Positions 1 through 9,383 of a DNA stretch of 64,000 bases are shown here, in pieces. How positions within the stretch are numbered: position 1 is the stretch's first letter; the number at the start of each line of letters is the position of its first letter. Source of the stretch: a bacterium (GTDB lineage Bacteria > CLD3 > SB21); contig WBUR01000003.1 of the NCBI GenBank assembly GCA_008933615.1, forward strand, positions 16,340-80,339. The letters run 5' to 3'. The notes beneath the pieces were generated by a model. The model made no database searches. It saw only the letters and a program-made list of their open reading frames with translations, and had not been told where the DNA came from. A program made the position numbers and the translations under genes.

Positions 1-1
1 C

Positions 2-232
2 TATATGGTCTGGGCGTTGTATCACGGATGCGGAATCGCCGTGTGGCATTTTTTTCAGCATTTTAAACGGAGGGTACAATTACCGGATTATTTCTGGTTA
101 AAAAAAGGAGTGGCTGTTTTTTCAATCGCGTTCACGATGAATTTTGTCATTCTCAGTTTTGCAATTACTAAATCAGACAGTCTCGCTGATGCGTTCGAAG
201 TTTATCTCACGATATTTAGTTTAGGAAAATAG
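2..232 (+). CDS. C-terminal part of a small hydrophobic protein whose start lies upstream of the window; ends at TAG 230-232
   Basis: ORF 5-232 is open back to position 2. It has a hydrophobic stretch (VAVFSIAFTMNFVILSFAI). I recognise no family. Confidence 0.25.
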   Translation, partial: YMVWALYHGCGIAVWHFFQHFKRRVQLPDYFWLKKGVAVFSIAFTMNFVILSFAITKSDSLADAFEVYLTIFSLGK

Positions 233-235
233 CAA

Positions 236-370
236 ATGTATACCGTATTGTGTAAATTATTCCCGAAATCAGTTGCCGCCATTATTCTGGCGTTATGGTA
301 TACCGCACTTATAATTTTAACCTATGCGCTTTCTGCAGACCCGGCGGGAGAATTTAGGTATTTGTATTAA
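236..370 (+). CDS. 44-codon hydrophobic small ORF (MYTVLCKLFPKSVAAIILALWYTALIILTYALSADPAGEFRYLY). It is absent from the ORF track because it is under 60 aa. It is in the same frame as ORF 5-232, separated from it by a single TAG.
   Basis: ATG at 236, TAA at 368-370, read directly from the sequence. It lies immediately upstream of the radical SAM gene. Confidence 0.2.
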   Translation: MYTVLCKLFPKSVAAIILALWYTALIILTYALSADPAGEFRYLY

Positions 371-388
371 ATCTTTTTGGGCAATATC

Positions 389-1354
389 ATGCAAAACGGC
401 TTGGGCGATCATTCGGAAAAAAAAAGATTTCCGTCGAGTCTGCAAACCAGGAGGGGTTGGGCCGAATATTTTGAAATGAAGCGGTCCACCGAACCTCACC
501 TGCATCAAATTGAACCTACCAACCACTGCCCGTACAGCTGCATCATGTGCCCCCGATCACAACACATGAAGAGAGAACTTGGCTTTATGGACATTTCACT
601 CTACCAAAAAGTCATAGATGAGGTATCGACGTATTCTGAACCGATTAGGTTGAAAGAGATAGAACTTTTTCATTTTGGCGAGTCCCTTCTCCATCCCTGT
701 ATAGATAAATTCGTGGGCTACGCGTCAGAACAAAAATTAAAAGTAACTCTTTCTGTCAATGGGCCTCATTTAACTCCCGAACTTTCCCGAAAGATCCTTG
801 AACACCAACCGTTTAGGATTATCGTATCTTTGGATGGAAATGACCAAGAAACATATCAGGCCATTCGAGGACGAAAAGCAGATTTTGACAAAGCCGTACG
901 AAACATAGATGCGTTGGCAGACACATTTCAGAGAGTGAAATCGGCCACGAAGATATCTGTTCGTATGATAGAGATCAAAATCAACCGGGAACAAGTATAT
1001 GCATTCAAAAAAAGATGGCAAGATAAAAACATTGAAGTAGAAGTCAGACAGTTCTTTCCATGGGGAGAAAAGGATATGGTCGAACTTGGCAATTTTGAAA
1101 AATACCCTCCTGCCATGCCCTGCCCCTTTCCCTGGCAATATCTTGTTGTGCAATGGAACGGTGACGTTGTCCCATGTTGCAGGGACTACAATGCGGCTAT
1201 AACACTGGGGAATGTAAAGAATGTTTCCCTTAAGGAGATATGGAACAGCGGCCGGTATGAGGAATTTCGGCAGCAAATGGCGAGCGGAAAGTTCCATAAT
1301 AACCCCATCTGTTCTCCTTGTCTCGACCTCTATTACACCGAAAAAAACGATTGA
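389..1354 (+). CDS. radical SAM enzyme with C-terminal SPASM/twitch-like Cys cluster
   Basis: CxxxCxxC motif (HCPYSCIMC) near the N-terminus. The C-terminal segment is Cys-rich (CPFPW...VPCCRDYN...CSPCLD). The track ORF begins with TTG at 377; the first ATG is at 389 and another is at 476, so the start is uncertain. Confidence 0.6.
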   Translation: MQNGLGDHSEKKRFPSSLQTRRGWAEYFEMKRSTEPHLHQIEPTNHCPYSCIMCPRSQHMKRELGFMDISLYQKVIDEVSTYSEPIRLKEIELFHFGESLLHPCIDKFVGYASEQKLKVTLSVNGPHLTPELSRKILEHQPFRIIVSLDGNDQETYQAIRGRKADFDKAVRNIDALADTFQRVKSATKISVRMIEIKINREQVYAFKKRWQDKNIEVEVRQFFPWGEKDMVELGNFEKYPPAMPCPFPWQYLVVQWNGDVVPCCRDYNAAITLGNVKNVSLKEIWNSGRYEEFRQQMASGKFHNNPICSPCLDLYYTEKND

Positions 1355-1565
1355 TTGTTGTCCCGAAAATCAGTTGGATTAAAGACCACAAGAAGCAATG
1401 AATCCCAGCCAAAATCCTATTGCAATTTAAAACGAAAAGAATTATTATAAAAACGTTTTCGAAGAGCAAACGGTACACGCTTTTCCCCGAGATCATCATT
1501 GTCGTTTCTACTGAAAGTGAAAAAAATAACGTCTCAAACCCTCCGGAATCTAAAACGAGGTTACT

Positions 1566-1982
1566 ATGGTTCTGTATACCGGCCTTTTTTTGAATACGAT
1601 CATCGAAGACACCCCGATCTACCAAAATTATATCCCGCTTCTTGTTCTCATGATCGTTGCGACCCTTATTCCGCTTGCGATTTTAGTCATCACAAATATC
1701 CTGGGCCCCAAAAAGCCGAGCGAGCGTAAACTTTCCGTATATGAATCGGGCATGCCTCCCGTGGGCGATGCGCATCCGAAATTCTCCATCAAGTTTTATA
1801 TCATTGGTATGCTGTTCATCTTATTTGACATAGAAATTGTTTTCATGTATCCATGGGCGGTAATTTATAAACAATGGATATCGACAAGTGTTTTTATTTT
1901 GATTGAAGGGCTTGTCTTCGTGGGTATTCTGCTGGTCGGCTATATATATGCATGGAAAAAAGGCGCCCTGGACTGGGAATAA
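1566..1982 (+). CDS. nuoA: NADH-quinone oxidoreductase subunit A
   Basis: Three-TM protein with the NuoA signature KLSVYESGMPPVGDAHPKFSIKFYIIGMLFILFDIEIVFMYPWA and C-terminal ALDWE. It is first in the nuo cluster. Confidence 0.85.
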   Translation: MVLYTGLFLNTIIEDTPIYQNYIPLLVLMIVATLIPLAILVITNILGPKKPSERKLSVYESGMPPVGDAHPKFSIKFYIIGMLFILFDIEIVFMYPWAVIYKQWISTSVFILIEGLVFVGILLVGYIYAWKKGALDWE

Positions 1983-2034
1983 CTCGATTGATGATTTTTA
2001 GTATTAGGTAATTATTATAAGCTGGGTAAATATT

Positions 2035-2544
2035 ATGGCAGAAAAAATTGAAAATAATCCGACGCCAGAAAAACTGAAATCCAAATTCGGTTCGGACGTA
2101 CTGAAAACAGAGGTATTCCGTAATCAGCACGCAATTGTCGTTAAGCGCGAACGTATTCTGGATATAATGAAATTTCTGAAAGACGATGCGGAACTCGCGT
2201 ATGATTTCCTTGCGGATCTGACAGCGGTTGATTATCTCAAAATGGAAGTAAGCCCGCGCTTTCAGGTGGTTTACAATCTGCGTTCGATGAAACATAACCG
2301 GCGTGTGCGGATCAAAGTTCCCGTTCCAGAAAATGACTGTAAGATTGAAAGTGTGAGTGAATTATGGAAAACGGCAAATTGGCTGGAACGCGAAGTGTAT
2401 GAAATGTACGGGATCACTTTTGAAAATCATCCCGACCTGAGAAAACTCCTGATGCCCGAATCGTATGAATATTTTCCGCTACGCAAGGATTATCCTCTGC
2501 GCGGAAAAGGAGAAAGAGACGCCGTTCTGCCGGAAGGCTCTTAG
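2035..2544 (+). CDS. nuoC: NADH-quinone oxidoreductase subunit C (30 kDa subunit)
   Basis: 169 aa with a conserved NuoC core (ERE.YEMYGI.F.HPDLR.LL). Its position is between nuoA and nuoD. Confidence 0.85.
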   Translation: MAEKIENNPTPEKLKSKFGSDVLKTEVFRNQHAIVVKRERILDIMKFLKDDAELAYDFLADLTAVDYLKMEVSPRFQVVYNLRSMKHNRRVRIKVPVPENDCKIESVSELWKTANWLEREVYEMYGITFENHPDLRKLLMPESYEYFPLRKDYPLRGKGERDAVLPEGS

Positions 2545-2633
2545 GAATGTTGAATTTTTAATCGAGATTTCTGAATTAGAAATTTTTTGAGTGTTCAGTA
2601 ACGAGAACACATTAATAATAAAGGATTGACAAC

Positions 2634-3941
2634 ATGGAAGTCGATCGTTCAGAGGCTATAGAAGAATTTACAGTATCAACGTCCGAGGAATTGAAAGCGA
2701 AAGTTACAGGACGCAACAAGAAATTTTTGATCGGAACGGATGATGAGGAGTCGATCGAAGCCTGGAAGAAATCGGACACGATGTTTCTTAATTTCGGTCC
2801 GCAGCATCCTGCAACCCACGGCACGCTGCGCATGTTACTGGAACTCTCCGGCGAAAAAGTGGTCAAGCTCGATCCCCGTCCGGGTTATCTCCACACCGGA
2901 TTTGAAAAATTAGCTGAGCATCACACGTTCAATCAGTTTATTGCGGTCACCGACCGGATGAATTATCTCTCTCCGTTATCCAATAACGTTGGTTTTGCCT
3001 GCGCCGCCGAAGAATTACTCGGCATAAAAATTCCACCGCGCGCCCAGTATATCCGCGTGATACAGGCCGAACTCTCACGTATCGCCGATCATCTTGTCAA
3101 TATCGGCACGCACGCGCTCGATCTCGGTGCGTTCACTGTGTTTCTTTACGGATTCAGGCAGCGCGAATTCATTTACGATCTTTTTGAAGTATCGACCGGT
3201 TCACGTCTCACCACAAGCTATACCCGAATCGGCGGCGTTATGCGCGATTTTCCCGAAGGCCACGAGGAACAGATAGCCGGGTTCTGTAAACAATTTGATA
3301 TCGTGTACGGAGAGATCGAAGGATTACTCAATCATAACAAAATTTTTCAAAACCGTACTCAGGGAATCGGAAAGATCAACGCACAGGACGCGATCAACTA
3401 CGGCATGACCGGTCCTTGCCTGCGCGCGAGCGGTGTTCCGTACGATATTCGTAAGGACGAACCGTATCTTAATTACGACCAATTGGATTTTGACGTGCCG
3501 GTTGGTACGGAAGGCGACGTATTCGAGCGGTATCTTGTTCGTATGGAAGAAATGAGACAAAGCATCCGCATCATCGAGCAATGCCTTGCGCAAATGCAAA
3601 AAGGTCCGGTAAAGGTGGATGATCATACGATCGCCCTTCCGGACAAAAGCAAAGTGTACGGCAGCATCGAAGGATTGATTCATCATTTTAAACTGATTAT
3701 GGACCATCACGGAATTGATATGCCGAAAGGCGAGATCTATCACGCGACGGAAGCGCCCAACGGCGAGCTGGGCTGGTTTATCGTCAGTAACGGCGAAGGC
3801 GTACCTTACAAAGTTCATGTGCGCGGGCCGTCGTTTGTTCATTTTTCTATGATGCCGAAATTGTCAGAAGGCGGGATGGTCAGCGACGGCGTGGCTATTT
3901 TGGGAAGTCTGAACGTGATCGCCGGAGAGTGCGACAGATAA
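2634..3941 (+). CDS. nuoD: NADH-quinone oxidoreductase subunit D (49 kDa subunit)
   Basis: NFGPQHPATHGTLRM motif and a NiFe-hydrogenase large-subunit-like fold signature. There is an N-terminal extension of about 45 aa; an alternative start is at 2781. Confidence 0.9.
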   Translation: MEVDRSEAIEEFTVSTSEELKAKVTGRNKKFLIGTDDEESIEAWKKSDTMFLNFGPQHPATHGTLRMLLELSGEKVVKLDPRPGYLHTGFEKLAEHHTFNQFIAVTDRMNYLSPLSNNVGFACAAEELLGIKIPPRAQYIRVIQAELSRIADHLVNIGTHALDLGAFTVFLYGFRQREFIYDLFEVSTGSRLTTSYTRIGGVMRDFPEGHEEQIAGFCKQFDIVYGEIEGLLNHNKIFQNRTQGIGKINAQDAINYGMTGPCLRASGVPYDIRKDEPYLNYDQLDFDVPVGTEGDVFERYLVRMEEMRQSIRIIEQCLAQMQKGPVKVDDHTIALPDKSKVYGSIEGLIHHFKLIMDHHGIDMPKGEIYHATEAPNGELGWFIVSNGEGVPYKVHVRGPSFVHFSMMPKLSEGGMVSDGVAILGSLNVIAGECDR

Positions 3942-4456
3942 TTTTTTACAAACCCATTTTCTTAAGGTATAGTATGGCGTTAGAATTTTCTCCAGAAAAG
4001 AAAAAAGAAGTTGAGTGGACCCTTACACGGTACCCGAATACGCAGGCGGCTATGCTGCCCGTTCTGCATATCGCGCAATATCAATTCGGCTGCATCTCAC
4101 ATGAAGTGATGGAACTCGTGGCGAAGACGCTTGACCTTCCGGTTAGCCGCGTGCAGGACGTGGTTACTTTTTATACGATGTTTCACGAAAAACCGGTGGG
4201 AAAATTTCATATCCAGGTTTGTCACACGTTGTCGTGCGCCATTCGCGGCGGAAGTCAGGTTGTGGACTATTTGGAAAATAAATGCGGCGTAAAATGTAAT
4301 GACGGCATTTCAAAGGATGGAAAATTTTCGATCACGAAAGTCGAATGCCTGGGTTCCTGCGGCACGGCGCCCATGATGCAGGTAAATGACGATTATTTTG
4401 AGAATCTGTCCAAAGAAAAGATCGACCAATTGGTTAATAAGTGGAAAAGTGAATAG
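3929..4456 (+). CDS. nuoE: NADH-quinone oxidoreductase subunit E (24 kDa, [2Fe-2S])
   Basis: Thioredoxin-like 2Fe-2S Cys pattern (CHTLSC ... CLGSCGTAP). It overlaps the end of nuoD by 13 nt. Confidence 0.85.
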   Translation: MRQIIFYKPIFLRYSMALEFSPEKKKEVEWTLTRYPNTQAAMLPVLHIAQYQFGCISHEVMELVAKTLDLPVSRVQDVVTFYTMFHEKPVGKFHIQVCHTLSCAIRGGSQVVDYLENKCGVKCNDGISKDGKFSITKVECLGSCGTAPMMQVNDDYFENLSKEKIDQLVNKWKSE

Positions 4457-4535
4457 TGCAGCCACAGAGTGCACAGAGGTTTTGAAATTCGTTTTTAGCT
4501 CTCAGTGATCTCTGCGGTAAAAAAAGGTATAAGGA

Positions 4536-5837
4536 ATGGAAAAAGTTTTAACGAAAATGGTGGGTGTTGAGAACTCACAGAACATTGACGTTTATCTAAA
4601 ACACGGCGGTTATCAGGCATTACCGAAAGCGCTGAAAATGACTCCCGACGAACTGATTCAGATGATGAAAGATTCCGGCGTGCGTGGGCGCGGGGGCGCA
4701 GGATTTCCTACGGGGATGAAATGGAGCTTTTTGCCTAAAGACAATCCGAAGCCGAGATACCTTTTGTGTAATGCGGACGAATCGGAACCGGGAACATTCA
4801 AGGACCGCGTACTGATGGAAGACGATCCGCATCAGGTCATCGAAGGATTGATTATTTCTTCGTTTGCTATCCAGGCGCATACCTGCTACATCTACATTCG
4901 TGGTGAATATGTGACCGGGGCTAAGATATTACATAAGGCTATCAATGAAGCGTATGAAAAAGGATACCTCGGAAAAAATATTTTAGGCAGCGGATTTGAA
5001 CTTGATATTACCGTTCATCGCGGCGCCGGCGCTTATATCTGCGGTGAAGAAACCGGATTGATCGAGTCGCTGGAAGGCAAACGCGGATGGCCGCGTATCA
5101 AGCCTCCGTTTCCGGCAGTGTATGGCGTATTCGGATGCCCCACGATCGTGAATAACGTTGAGACGCTGGTGACGCCGATCCATATCATCAACCGCGGCGT
5201 GCAGTGGTGGAAAGATAACGAACCGAAACTGTACTGCATGAGCGGACATCTCACGCGTCCGGGCACGTACGAAGCGAAGATCGGCACCAATTTGATGGAG
5301 TTGATCAACGATCACTGCGGTGGAATTCCCAACGGAAGAAAATTAAAAGCCGTTATTCCCGGCGGTTCGTCCGTTCCCGTGCTGCGCGCTGAGGAATGCG
5401 ACGTGGCGATGGATTTTGACGCGCTCGCTAAAGCCGGATCGGCTTTGGGTTCCGCCGGATGCATGGTAATGGATGATACCACCTGCATGGTCAATGCGCT
5501 GTGGAATCTGATGAAATTTTATTCTCATGAATCCTGCGGCCAGTGCACGCCGTGCCGTGAAGGCACGCATTGGCTGGAAATGATCTGCGGACGAATTGAA
5601 ACGGGCAGAGGCCGGATGGAAGATCTGGAACTGATGCTTGAGACGGCGAATAACATTGCCGGACGTACGATTTGTCCATTAGGCGATGCTGCGGCGTGGC
5701 CGGTAGCAGGATTGCCGGACAAGAATAAAGGCGGCGATCTTAACGGCCAGAGTTTTATAAATAAGTTCCGCGAGGAATTTGAATATCACATAACCAACAA
5801 AAAATGTAAAGTAACGATTCCGCATGAGTGGAATTGA
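4536..5837 (+). CDS. nuoF: NADH-quinone oxidoreductase subunit F (51 kDa; FMN/NADH-binding, [4Fe-4S])
   Basis: GRGGAGFPTG FMN-site motif and ESCGQCTPCREG 4Fe-4S motif. Confidence 0.9.
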   Translation: MEKVLTKMVGVENSQNIDVYLKHGGYQALPKALKMTPDELIQMMKDSGVRGRGGAGFPTGMKWSFLPKDNPKPRYLLCNADESEPGTFKDRVLMEDDPHQVIEGLIISSFAIQAHTCYIYIRGEYVTGAKILHKAINEAYEKGYLGKNILGSGFELDITVHRGAGAYICGEETGLIESLEGKRGWPRIKPPFPAVYGVFGCPTIVNNVETLVTPIHIINRGVQWWKDNEPKLYCMSGHLTRPGTYEAKIGTNLMELINDHCGGIPNGRKLKAVIPGGSSVPVLRAEECDVAMDFDALAKAGSALGSAGCMVMDDTTCMVNALWNLMKFYSHESCGQCTPCREGTHWLEMICGRIETGRGRMEDLELMLETANNIAGRTICPLGDAAAWPVAGLPDKNKGGDLNGQSFINKFREEFEYHITNKKCKVTIPHEWN

Positions 5838-5863
5838 TTCCTCCGCTCGGCGAGGAGGGTGTC

Positions 5864-6610
5864 ATGAAAAAGTATTTAGTTCGGACTGCTATAATAGTTC
5901 TTTTTAGTATATCGGTTTCGGCAGTTTATTTAAGTTGTTCAGATGACGAAACCGCCATGTTCTTTGATTTAACGGGAAATTGGTCCGGAATGGCGGTTCC
6001 GCCTAACGGAGCCGCTTTGATTGATCTTAGTATTGTGCAGGATACTACAGGATATGTGACCGGAACTTTATACATTCGCGGTCAGGAACCGGATACTGCA
6101 ACTATTTCCGGAACCGTGAGTAACGGTCGTTTCACCGGCACGGCTTCCAATATAGAATGCCCGGTCAACGTAGACCTTGAAATTGAGAATGATGGAACGG
6201 CGCTCGTTGGTAATGCGTCTGGCGAGGGTTCCGACACCTGTTCTGCAGAGTTTGTTTATCTTACGCTGTACAAGGACCTGCCGCCGTCCGTAAATGTAAC
6301 CGGAACGTGGTCCGGGACCCATTCCAGTACTGAAGGCAGCGGAAGTTTCACTATGGTGATCACTCAGAGTGGCGAAACGGTGAGCGGGACAATTTATGAC
6401 GAAGACACCACTGCCATAAACGGCCGCGTATTCGGCAATGCTTTTGCGGCCACAATCAGCGGTTCGGATTGCCCGATTCTGATTTTGATGGAAGTTAGCA
6501 ATAATACCATGAATGGCGCTTATGCGAATACCGGCGAAGGCCCGGGCGAATGCTTGGATAAAGGAACCGTTGCCGCCAGCCGTTTGACGGGAAAACGTTT
6601 TCAAAATTAG
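5864..6610 (+). CDS. predicted lipoprotein of unknown function inserted between nuoF and nuoG
   Basis: Signal peptide with lipobox (AVYLSCSDD). GGAGGG Shine-Dalgarno at about 5851-5856, 7 nt before ATG 5864. The track ORF starts at 5828. The sequence is Gly/Thr/Ser-rich and probably beta-rich. Confidence 0.5.
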   Translation: MKKYLVRTAIIVLFSISVSAVYLSCSDDETAMFFDLTGNWSGMAVPPNGAALIDLSIVQDTTGYVTGTLYIRGQEPDTATISGTVSNGRFTGTASNIECPVNVDLEIENDGTALVGNASGEGSDTCSAEFVYLTLYKDLPPSVNVTGTWSGTHSSTEGSGSFTMVITQSGETVSGTIYDEDTTAINGRVFGNAFAATISGSDCPILILMEVSNNTMNGAYANTGEGPGECLDKGTVAASRLTGKRFQN

Positions 6611-6680
6611 AAATGATAACAGAAGATTGTAAAAGTAAAATTAGCGGGATTCAAAAATTTAGATAGAAAGTCATTTCTCT

Positions 6681-8291
6681 ATGGCATTAATTAAGATCGA
6701 TGATCAGGAAGTGGAAATCGCAAAAGGCGAAGTGGTCATTAATGCGGCTAAACGGGTCGGGATAGACATCCCGTTTTATTGTTATCATCCCGGCATGAAA
6801 ATCGTCGCCAGTTGCCGCATGTGTCTCGTTGACATGGTCGGTATGCCGAAGCTGATGCCGGCGTGTTCTACCGCCGTTGGCGAATTACCGCCCGGGAAAA
6901 AATTAGAAGAAAAATACGATGCGGTTATTTATACCGATAACGATAAAGTGAAAACTGCGCGCCGCGCTGTATTGGAATTTCTGCTATTGAATCACCCGAT
7001 TGATTGTCCTATCTGCGATAAAGCAGGCGAATGCAAACTTCAGGATTATTCATACGAACACGGCAATCATGAATCGCGCCTCATTGATCCGAAACGCATT
7101 CCGGAGAAAAAAGATCTTGGCCCTTCAATTTATTTATATACGTCCCGTTGTATCATGTGTTCACGCTGCGTTCGGTTTACCGAAGAAATATCCGGAACGG
7201 AGGAACTCAAAGTAACGCATCGCGGTTGGCATGCGGAAATTTCCGTAGCGCCGGGCAAGCCTCTGGATAATAAAATGATGGGCAATGTCGTGGATCTTTG
7301 CCCCGTCGGTTGTCTGATCGACAAGCATGAAAAATTCGAAGGGCGTGTATGGAATTTCGTTCAGACAGAAAGTGTCTGTCCGGGCTGCAGTAAAGGGTGT
7401 AATACCGTTCTCGATACCATGAAACATCAAAAATTGAATCTGGAAGAATTGGTTGATACCGTGTACCGCATTCGCCCGCGTGAAAATATGGACGTCAATC
7501 AATGGTGGATCTGCGACGACGGACGTTATCATCTTGAAGACGAGAAGAAGAAAAGCCGAATCCTTGTCCCGCATCAGCGCGAAAATGGAAAATTAACCGA
7601 AACAACATGGTTCAGCGCTGTCGCGTCGATATCCGAAAGGATCAAGTCCGCCGGAGCCGGACAGGTTGTTTTTATCGGCAGCCCGTACGCATCGAATGAA
7701 GAAAATTATTTGTTCGGTAAATTAGCTAAAGGGCTGAATGCCGCAACGGATGTTAGCAAACCTACGTCCGGCGATACACAGACATTCAAAACGGAGATGA
7801 ATAAGTATCCGTTTACCATTGAATCTGAAAAAGCCCCGAATTTCCGTGGAGCAAAAGACGCGATAGGTTTAACGGATTCCAAGATCGATCAGTCGCTGTC
7901 GAAAAAAGTTGTGGTCATGCTCGGCAGTCATAATGTGGAATTAAAATCCAAACCCGAAACGTTGATCGTGATCGGCTCGTTCGAAGATGCAGTGACAAAG
8001 CAAGCGGATATTTTATTGCCGGCGGCGCTCTTTACGGAAACGAGCGGAACCTATACAAATAAAGACGGATTGGTTCAGAAGTTTAATAAAGCGATCAATC
8101 CTCAGGGCGATTCCAAAGCGGTATGGCAGATAGTGATTGATCTGGCGCAGGCTTCCGGACTGGATTGGTATTACGAAACGATCGGCGATGTGGCCAAAGA
8201 AATGATGCTAAATGCAAGCGGGTTCAAATCCGTTGACCTCGGTACACTTTACCCGCAGTTCGTTTTACAAGATGAACAAGTGGTTGCGTAA
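6681..8291 (+). CDS. nuoG: NADH-quinone oxidoreductase subunit G (short form, 536 aa)
   Basis: N-terminal 2Fe-2S ferredoxin fold (CYHPGMKIVASCRMCLV). 4Fe-4S motifs (HPIDCPICDKAGEC, CIMCSRCVRF). Molybdopterin-like C-terminal part. Confidence 0.85.
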   Translation: MALIKIDDQEVEIAKGEVVINAAKRVGIDIPFYCYHPGMKIVASCRMCLVDMVGMPKLMPACSTAVGELPPGKKLEEKYDAVIYTDNDKVKTARRAVLEFLLLNHPIDCPICDKAGECKLQDYSYEHGNHESRLIDPKRIPEKKDLGPSIYLYTSRCIMCSRCVRFTEEISGTEELKVTHRGWHAEISVAPGKPLDNKMMGNVVDLCPVGCLIDKHEKFEGRVWNFVQTESVCPGCSKGCNTVLDTMKHQKLNLEELVDTVYRIRPRENMDVNQWWICDDGRYHLEDEKKKSRILVPHQRENGKLTETTWFSAVASISERIKSAGAGQVVFIGSPYASNEENYLFGKLAKGLNAATDVSKPTSGDTQTFKTEMNKYPFTIESEKAPNFRGAKDAIGLTDSKIDQSLSKKVVVMLGSHNVELKSKPETLIVIGSFEDAVTKQADILLPAALFTETSGTYTNKDGLVQKFNKAINPQGDSKAVWQIVIDLAQASGLDWYYETIGDVAKEMMLNASGFKSVDLGTLYPQFVLQDEQVVA

Positions 8292-8317
8292 CTCATTTTA
8301 CCAAAGAGACTAAAATT

Positions 8318-9331
8318 ATGGAAATATTTTATCCCTACATCTTCATGGGTATTTTGTTAGTAACGTGGCTGACCAGCGTTCCCGTCATGGTTCTTGTTGA
8401 ACGCAAAGTCAGCGGGTGGCTACAGTATCGAGTCGGCCCAACCCGTGTGGGACCATGGGGGTTATTACAGCCGATCGCCGACGCGCTGAAGTTTTTATCC
8501 AAAGAAGATGTGGTACCTCATCACGTTAACAAATGGCTGTACATTTTTGCCCCGGCTTTGATGGTATTTCCTGCGTTTTTTGTTATAGGAGTGATTCCCC
8601 TCGGAATCCTGACGTTGGGCGGCAAAGAAGTTCTGGTGCAAATCGGACATACCAATATCGGCATTTTGTACGTCTTGGCCGTTTCGTCGCTGGTGGTTTA
8701 TAGTATTACATTCAGCGCGTGGGCATCCAATAATAAATATTCACTTTTGGGCGGGCTTCGCTCGGCCGCGCAGATGATGAGCTACGAACTGCCCATGGGG
8801 CTTTCTATTTTGGGAACGATCATGCTGGTGGGATCGCTGCGGCTGGAGGATATTGTTAATTTTCAGATGAATTCAGCCTGGGGTATTGTGTGGCAGCCGC
8901 TCGGCGCGCTTATATTTATTGTCACTGCATTTGCAGAGACTAATCGGTTACCGTTCGATCTTGCTGAAGCGGAGGCGGAACTCGTGGGCGGTTATCATAC
9001 GGAATACAGTTCGATGAAATTTGCCATGTTCTTTCTGGGCGAGTACTGCAACATGCTCACCGCGTCCGTTATGATCACATTATTATTTCTCGGAGGATGG
9101 AATGTACCTTTTGTGCAGGGGATGAATTTAGAGCCGCTTACTCTGCAGGTGATTCAAATTGCCGGTTTGGCATTGAAGGTTGTTTTTCTCATGTTCTTTT
9201 TTGTTTGGGTACGGTGGACGCTGCCGCGTTTCCGGTATGATCAGTTGATGAACTTTGGCTGGAAGGTCTTGATTCCACTGGCTCTGGCCAATGTGGTGAT
9301 CACAGCAATCGTGATGGCAATCATAAGTTGA
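8318..9331 (+). CDS. nuoH: NADH-quinone oxidoreductase subunit H
   Basis: Polytopic membrane protein with NuoH/ND1 signatures (VERKVSGWLQYRVGPTRVGPWGLLQP; LAEAEAELVGGYHTEYS). Confidence 0.9.
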   Translation: MEIFYPYIFMGILLVTWLTSVPVMVLVERKVSGWLQYRVGPTRVGPWGLLQPIADALKFLSKEDVVPHHVNKWLYIFAPALMVFPAFFVIGVIPLGILTLGGKEVLVQIGHTNIGILYVLAVSSLVVYSITFSAWASNNKYSLLGGLRSAAQMMSYELPMGLSILGTIMLVGSLRLEDIVNFQMNSAWGIVWQPLGALIFIVTAFAETNRLPFDLAEAEAELVGGYHTEYSSMKFAMFFLGEYCNMLTASVMITLLFLGGWNVPFVQGMNLEPLTLQVIQIAGLALKVVFLMFFFVWVRWTLPRFRYDQLMNFGWKVLIPLALANVVITAIVMAIIS

Positions 9332-9383
9332 TGCTCGATAAAAGTAGAAGCTCAAGAATGATAATAATAAGAAGGAAATAGAT

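Noticed and set aside
770-1297. 175-aa ORF on the minus strand inside the radical SAM gene
   Set aside because: It lies entirely antisense to a CDS with clear radical SAM motifs. It has no motifs of its own and is Cys/Phe-rich, an artefact of the complementary frame.
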